64,000 bases of DNA from assembly GCA_034660555.1 (NCBI GenBank), contig JAYEJL010000165.1, positions 32,001 through 96,000 on the forward strand, written 5' to 3'. The translations under genes were made by a program, and so were the position numbers. The notes below the pieces were generated by a model. It was not told the DNA's origin. It searched no databases and saw nothing but the letters and a program-made list of their open reading frames with translations. Below, piece after piece: positions 59,906-64,000 of the stretch (positions are counted from its first letter, which is position 1; each line of letters begins with the position of its first letter). Source of the DNA: Thermotogota bacterium (lineage in GTDB: Bacteria; Thermotogota; Thermotogae; Petrotogales; Kosmotogaceae).

Positions 59906-62044
59906 ATGAGAAAGAAATTAATATTGTTCCTCATGCTACTTAGTGCTCTATTTGTTTTTTCTGATGGAGTTTTGATACCACCTTCAGAGTTTATCCCACC
60001 AACACCAGATCATACACCACGTTTCATAATGAACTATCACAATGTAAAAATCGAGATCGATAAAGGTATTGCGAAAATTACCATCGAGGAGGAATTTGAG
60101 AATCCTTATGATTACCCACTGGAAGCTATGTATCTATTTCCTGTTCCACCAGAAGCAGTTATAAATGATTTTCTTATGAAATCAGGAGATGAGGTGTTAA
60201 AGGGTAATGTGCTTCCTGCAGATGAAGCAAAAAAAACGTATCAGGATATTGTAGCCAGAATGAAAGACCCGGCTCTGCTTGAATACGCAAATAACAGGCT
60301 TATCAAGCTTAGTGTATTTCCTTTCGAACCGCATGAAAAACGCTCTTTTGTGATTGAATACATTCAAAACCTGGAAATAATCAACGAAGCATATGTCCTT
60401 CAGTATCCGTTAAAGATCGAAAACCAGTTACTTGAACCAATAAGAAATATCAGAATCAGAATTATCGATATGAATAATGAGATAGCAGACATATATTCAC
60501 CTACTCATTTTCTAGAAAGAGCTGGAACCGATAATACTGAATGGTATTTTGAAGACAAAAATTATTCACCAAATAACGATTTAAAACTTGTAATGACACC
60601 TTTGGAAGAGGAAATCTCTTCTTCATCCCTTTCTTACTGGGACATTCAAGAAGATAAGGGTTATTTCTTACTTAATCTAATTCCAAGAATATTTGAAAAA
60701 GATGTAATACCCAATGATATTGTATTCGTGATGGATACATCAGGTTCCATGTCAGGAGAAAAAATCGAACAGGCTAAGAAAGCATTGATAAGAATTCTGC
60801 ATATGTTGAAGAGGGAAGACAGATTTTCTATTGTACTTTTTGACAGCGATATTAAAGAAATAACGGGAGGACTTCAAACTATAGATAATGTACAAACGTA
60901 CATCAAAATTATTGAAGATATACAAGCAGGGGGATTAACCAACATCAATGATGCTCTTTTAAAATCGGTTGTAATTCTTTCTAATGATTCCCAGAAAAGA
61001 TTCAAATCCATCTTATTCCTTACTGATGGAGAACCAACCGAAGGAGAACTTGTACCAAATAATATTATAGGAAATGTTAAAAATGCAATAGGAAATAAAC
61101 CAATTCATCTGTTCGTATTCGGTGTTGGTTACGATGTTAATGCTTCTCTACTCGACAGACTTGCAGGAGATTCTTCAAAAATACAGTATGTTGAACCAGG
61201 CGAATATATTGATGAAAAAGTCTCCGCTCTATTCACGAAAATCGAAACACCAGCCTTAAGTGATGTCCATATCGAAATAATTGGTCCGCAAATAGACAAG
61301 ATTGTTCCAGGTAGCGTATTTACTTTATTTGCTGACACTGCTTTTAGAATAAGCGGGCTATTTAAAGAACCGGGAAAATTAATAGTAACAATAACAGGTA
61401 AAAGAGGCGAAAAGGAACATACCTATGTTTATAGTTTTGATTTGACAATGAATTATGCAAATAACTTTGTGTCTGTATTATGGGCTCAAAAAAGAATAGC
61501 ACAACTCGCAGATAGATACAGATATGAAGATCTAAATGAAACTCAGTTAACAGAAATTGAAAATGAAATTATTTCTTTGTCCAAGAAATATAACATAATA
61601 AATGAATTCACTTCATACTTGATAGCACCTGATAGAGTCGCAGAAGAAATTGAATTTAGCAATATCATGGGAACTGGAATGACTTATGCTTCAAAACCAT
61701 CTCCGGACAAGACTTCACAGGTAAAGAGCTCGAAGGCAGTATCTGAAATGGCACAGGATCAAATTCAAGAGGGTGAAGCTGATTTTGTGTTTATTGACAA
61801 AAAGCTCTTTACAAAAGACGAGTCAGGCGTCTGGTATCAGGAAGGTTATGAAGATTCAGAAAACGATGAAATTATTATAAAAGCATACAGTGACGTTTAT
61901 TTTCACTTAATGAATATGGAAAATTGGATTATGGACTTATTCTTGCTGGGTGATGAAATCAGATTCATTTACAATGACTATAAAATTTCTATAACAAAAG
62001 AAGGAATAGAAGCAATTGTAGATTTACCCGAAGAATTAAAGTAG
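59906..62044 (+). CDS. Exported VIT + vWA domain protein
   Basis: Signal peptide, VIT (F.NP....EA.Y.FPVP..A....F), MIDAS DTSGSM...T...FLTDG, LWA..RI, TSY; SD GAGGAG favours ATG 59906. Confidence 0.9.
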   Translation: MRKKLILFLMLLSALFVFSDGVLIPPSEFIPPTPDHTPRFIMNYHNVKIEIDKGIAKITIEEEFENPYDYPLEAMYLFPVPPEAVINDFLMKSGDEVLKGNVLPADEAKKTYQDIVARMKDPALLEYANNRLIKLSVFPFEPHEKRSFVIEYIQNLEIINEAYVLQYPLKIENQLLEPIRNIRIRIIDMNNEIADIYSPTHFLERAGTDNTEWYFEDKNYSPNNDLKLVMTPLEEEISSSSLSYWDIQEDKGYFLLNLIPRIFEKDVIPNDIVFVMDTSGSMSGEKIEQAKKALIRILHMLKREDRFSIVLFDSDIKEITGGLQTIDNVQTYIKIIEDIQAGGLTNINDALLKSVVILSNDSQKRFKSILFLTDGEPTEGELVPNNIIGNVKNAIGNKPIHLFVFGVGYDVNASLLDRLAGDSSKIQYVEPGEYIDEKVSALFTKIETPALSDVHIEIIGPQIDKIVPGSVFTLFADTAFRISGLFKEPGKLIVTITGKRGEKEHTYVYSFDLTMNYANNFVSVLWAQKRIAQLADRYRYEDLNETQLTEIENEIISLSKKYNIINEFTSYLIAPDRVAEEIEFSNIMGTGMTYASKPSPDKTSQVKSSKAVSEMAQDQIQEGEADFVFIDKKLFTKDESGVWYQEGYEDSENDEIIIKAYSDVYFHLMNMENWIMDLFLLGDEIRFIYNDYKISITKEGIEAIVDLPEELK

Positions 62045-62176
62045 TACACAATTTCGTAATAACTGAGTTAACCTATCCATATATCATAGACTTTAGTAAA
62101 CCAGATGATATCCTATAATGTAATCATTCAAAACTCTCATTCTGTTGAATGAAAAACATGCAAAAGGTGACAGACA

Positions 62177-63031
62177 TTGGTATTATTTATAAAGATCGTT
62201 CTTATTATTGATGTGATAATAGCTACTCTGGCAGGAATAGTATTCTTTGCCAATAAAGCATTCAACGATCGTGTGGAGAAAGAGATTAATGAATTATTTG
62301 AAAATGTATCAATTGGAGGCAAAAAGGTAATTACACAAGCAGATCTTGAAGAACTTCCCGCTTCAGTAAAAGACTGAATGCATTTTGCAGGAGTCATTGG
62401 CAAAGAAAGAATAGATACAGTAAGATTAAAGCAAAATGCTGAAATGAAACTTAAAAAAGATAAAAAATGGATGCCGGCAGAAGCTGAACAATATTTCACT
62501 ACTCACCCTCCTGCATTTATATGGAAAGCGAGGATCAAAGCAGCTCCATTTTTTCATATCGTTGGAAGGGATAAATACACTAATGGCGAAGGCAACATGC
62601 AAATAAAAATTCTTTCTCTATTTACGATAGCTGATTCCAGTGGAAAAGAAATGAATCAGGGTACACTGTTACGATATCTCGCAGAAACAGTTTGGTTTCC
62701 AACTGCAGCCTTGAGTAACTTCATTAAATGGGAAGAAATTGATGATAACAAAGCAAAAGCTACAATGAACTTTGGGAATACAACTGCTTCAGGAATTTTT
62801 TCGTTTAGTGGTAAAGGATGTGTTGAGAACTTTACAGCTCAACGATACAAAGAAACCGACGGTAAGTATTCACTTGAAACATGGTCAGTAAATATGTTTA
62901 AATATAAAAAACTGGACGGATTTATGATACCAACGAAGGGTGAAGTCACCTAGAAGCTCAATGATGGTGATTTCACCTGGTATAGATTTGAGATAACAGA
63001 TATGGTATATGACGAAATTGCCACAAATTAA
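62177..63031 (+). pseudogene. Membrane-anchored DUF6544-like gene with two in-frame stops
   Basis: One frame from TTG 62177 to TAA 63029-63031 interrupted by TGA (62375-62377) and TAG (62951-62953); LP..V, F.W.A, RYLAE.VWFPTA motifs. Confidence 0.75.
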
Positions 63032-63045
63032 TGTTCTCATTAAAT

Positions 63046-63073
63046 AAAAGCCAGCTGAAAAGCTGGCTTTTTT
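63046..63073. terminator. Bidirectional terminator
   Basis: AAAAGCCAGCT-GAAA-AGCTGGCTTTT. Confidence 0.9.
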
Positions 63074-63108
63074 ACAATATCACAATTTCTTATTGGTTCA
63101 TTTAACTG

Positions 63109-63981
63109 TCATTCATAGCGAAAATATTTTATCCAGGGAACAATGTATTTGCCCGTTTCTATGAAACCAAATTTTTTGTAGAAAGGTACATTTGATTGCA
63201 TATAAGTACATCTGGCTCCATATCTTCTCATTCTATTCAGTCCTTCCTTCAACAGCTCGGAAGCAAGACCCATTCCTTGATGCTCAACATGAGTTCCAAC
63301 AGGTTCAAAAACAGCGTATTCATTTTTTTGATCAACCCATATGGTACAGAAAGAAACGTAATCACCATTGGGAGCCTTAATAAATAAATCAAGATCCTTG
63401 CGATAGTCTGGTGCTTTTTGCATCTCCCTCAACACCGAGGGAGGTAACCATTTTGAGAGAGGATATTGTCCTCCAAAGGAAAGCATTTTGGCTTTTCCTC
63501 TCTTATAAGGGTTATCCTCTTCTTCTACACTCATTAATGTATAACCTTCTGGTAATTTCATTTTCCTGGTTTCGTTGATCTTTATACCGCCGACTCTGTC
63601 TGCAAGGTTTTCTTCAATGTAGTCGATTATTTCACCATACAGATGAAAATAGTCAGGATGAATCTGTATCCATGCTTCACCAGGCTCTTCATTCTCGGAA
63701 TGAGCTGCAGCAACAATTCTACCATCTTCATTTTCCCATATACCTATGGTCTTTTCCCAGAAATACAATTCATCACGAAAATAATGCTTCGGTCTCGTTG
63801 GGACGCCAAAATACTGAACATTGTAATGGTTGTGTGTAGGAATTACCTGAAATCTGCAAAAATTCCATCTGTCAATTAACCAGTTAAATGGTCCATTGTA
63901 AAGCGAATAACTGTCGACTAACAAATCTCTTATCTTCATGTAGTCCTTCTCGGGAACATACGATCTCTGCCTTACGGTCAT
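63109..63981 (-). CDS. GNAT family N-acetyltransferase
   Basis: C-terminal FEPVGT...HQGMGLA..LL..GL, FYKKFGF. Confidence 0.85.
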   Translation of the reverse strand: MTVRQRSYVPEKDYMKIRDLLVDSYSLYNGPFNWLIDRWNFCRFQVIPTHNHYNVQYFGVPTRPKHYFRDELYFWEKTIGIWENEDGRIVAAAHSENEEPGEAWIQIHPDYFHLYGEIIDYIEENLADRVGGIKINETRKMKLPEGYTLMSVEEEDNPYKRGKAKMLSFGGQYPLSKWLPPSVLREMQKAPDYRKDLDLFIKAPNGDYVSFCTIWVDQKNEYAVFEPVGTHVEHQGMGLASELLKEGLNRMRRYGARCTYMQSNVPFYKKFGFIETGKYIVPWIKYFRYE

Positions 63982-64000
63982 AAGCTTCTCCCAAACCCAA

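Overview
A low-GC (about 35-37% by eye) bacterial chromosome segment, most likely Thermotogota (Kosmotoga/Mesotoga-like). This is inferred from the hrcA-grpE-dnaJ operon without dnaK, a MalG with a giant insertion, a ThrRS-N/uridine kinase fusion, a split two-gene TrkA and a MurE DDPx motif. The first ~39 kb is intact housekeeping and metabolism: murE-murF-mraY-murD, a heat-shock operon with CIRCE, tsaB, malEFG, mnmG, three tRNAs, gdhA, ctpA, a GH57 branching enzyme and hisS. Two patches of gene decay follow. The first is a Fur-boxed feoA-feoB-RR-trkA-trkA-trkH operon whose feoB, first trkA and trkH are broken but which runs directly into the essential hisS. The second, at 57.6-64 kb, holds a truncated ugpA-like permease and two multiply disrupted genes. 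Between them lie groESL (CIRCE), an 815-aa predicted exported zincin/propeller/barrel protein, osmC and a LacI-ABC-GH42 galactoside locus. I saw no CRISPR array, transposase, integrase, prophage or rRNA, and no unambiguous new multi-gene system. The best leads are the ~650-aa coiled-coil MalG insertion, a ~200-nt switch-like leader ahead of an orphan GNAT, the 815-aa envelope protein, a CIRCE that contains the hrcA ribosome-binding site, and a His-less CsoR-family regulator. All product calls come from motif recognition by eye; no database searches were run.
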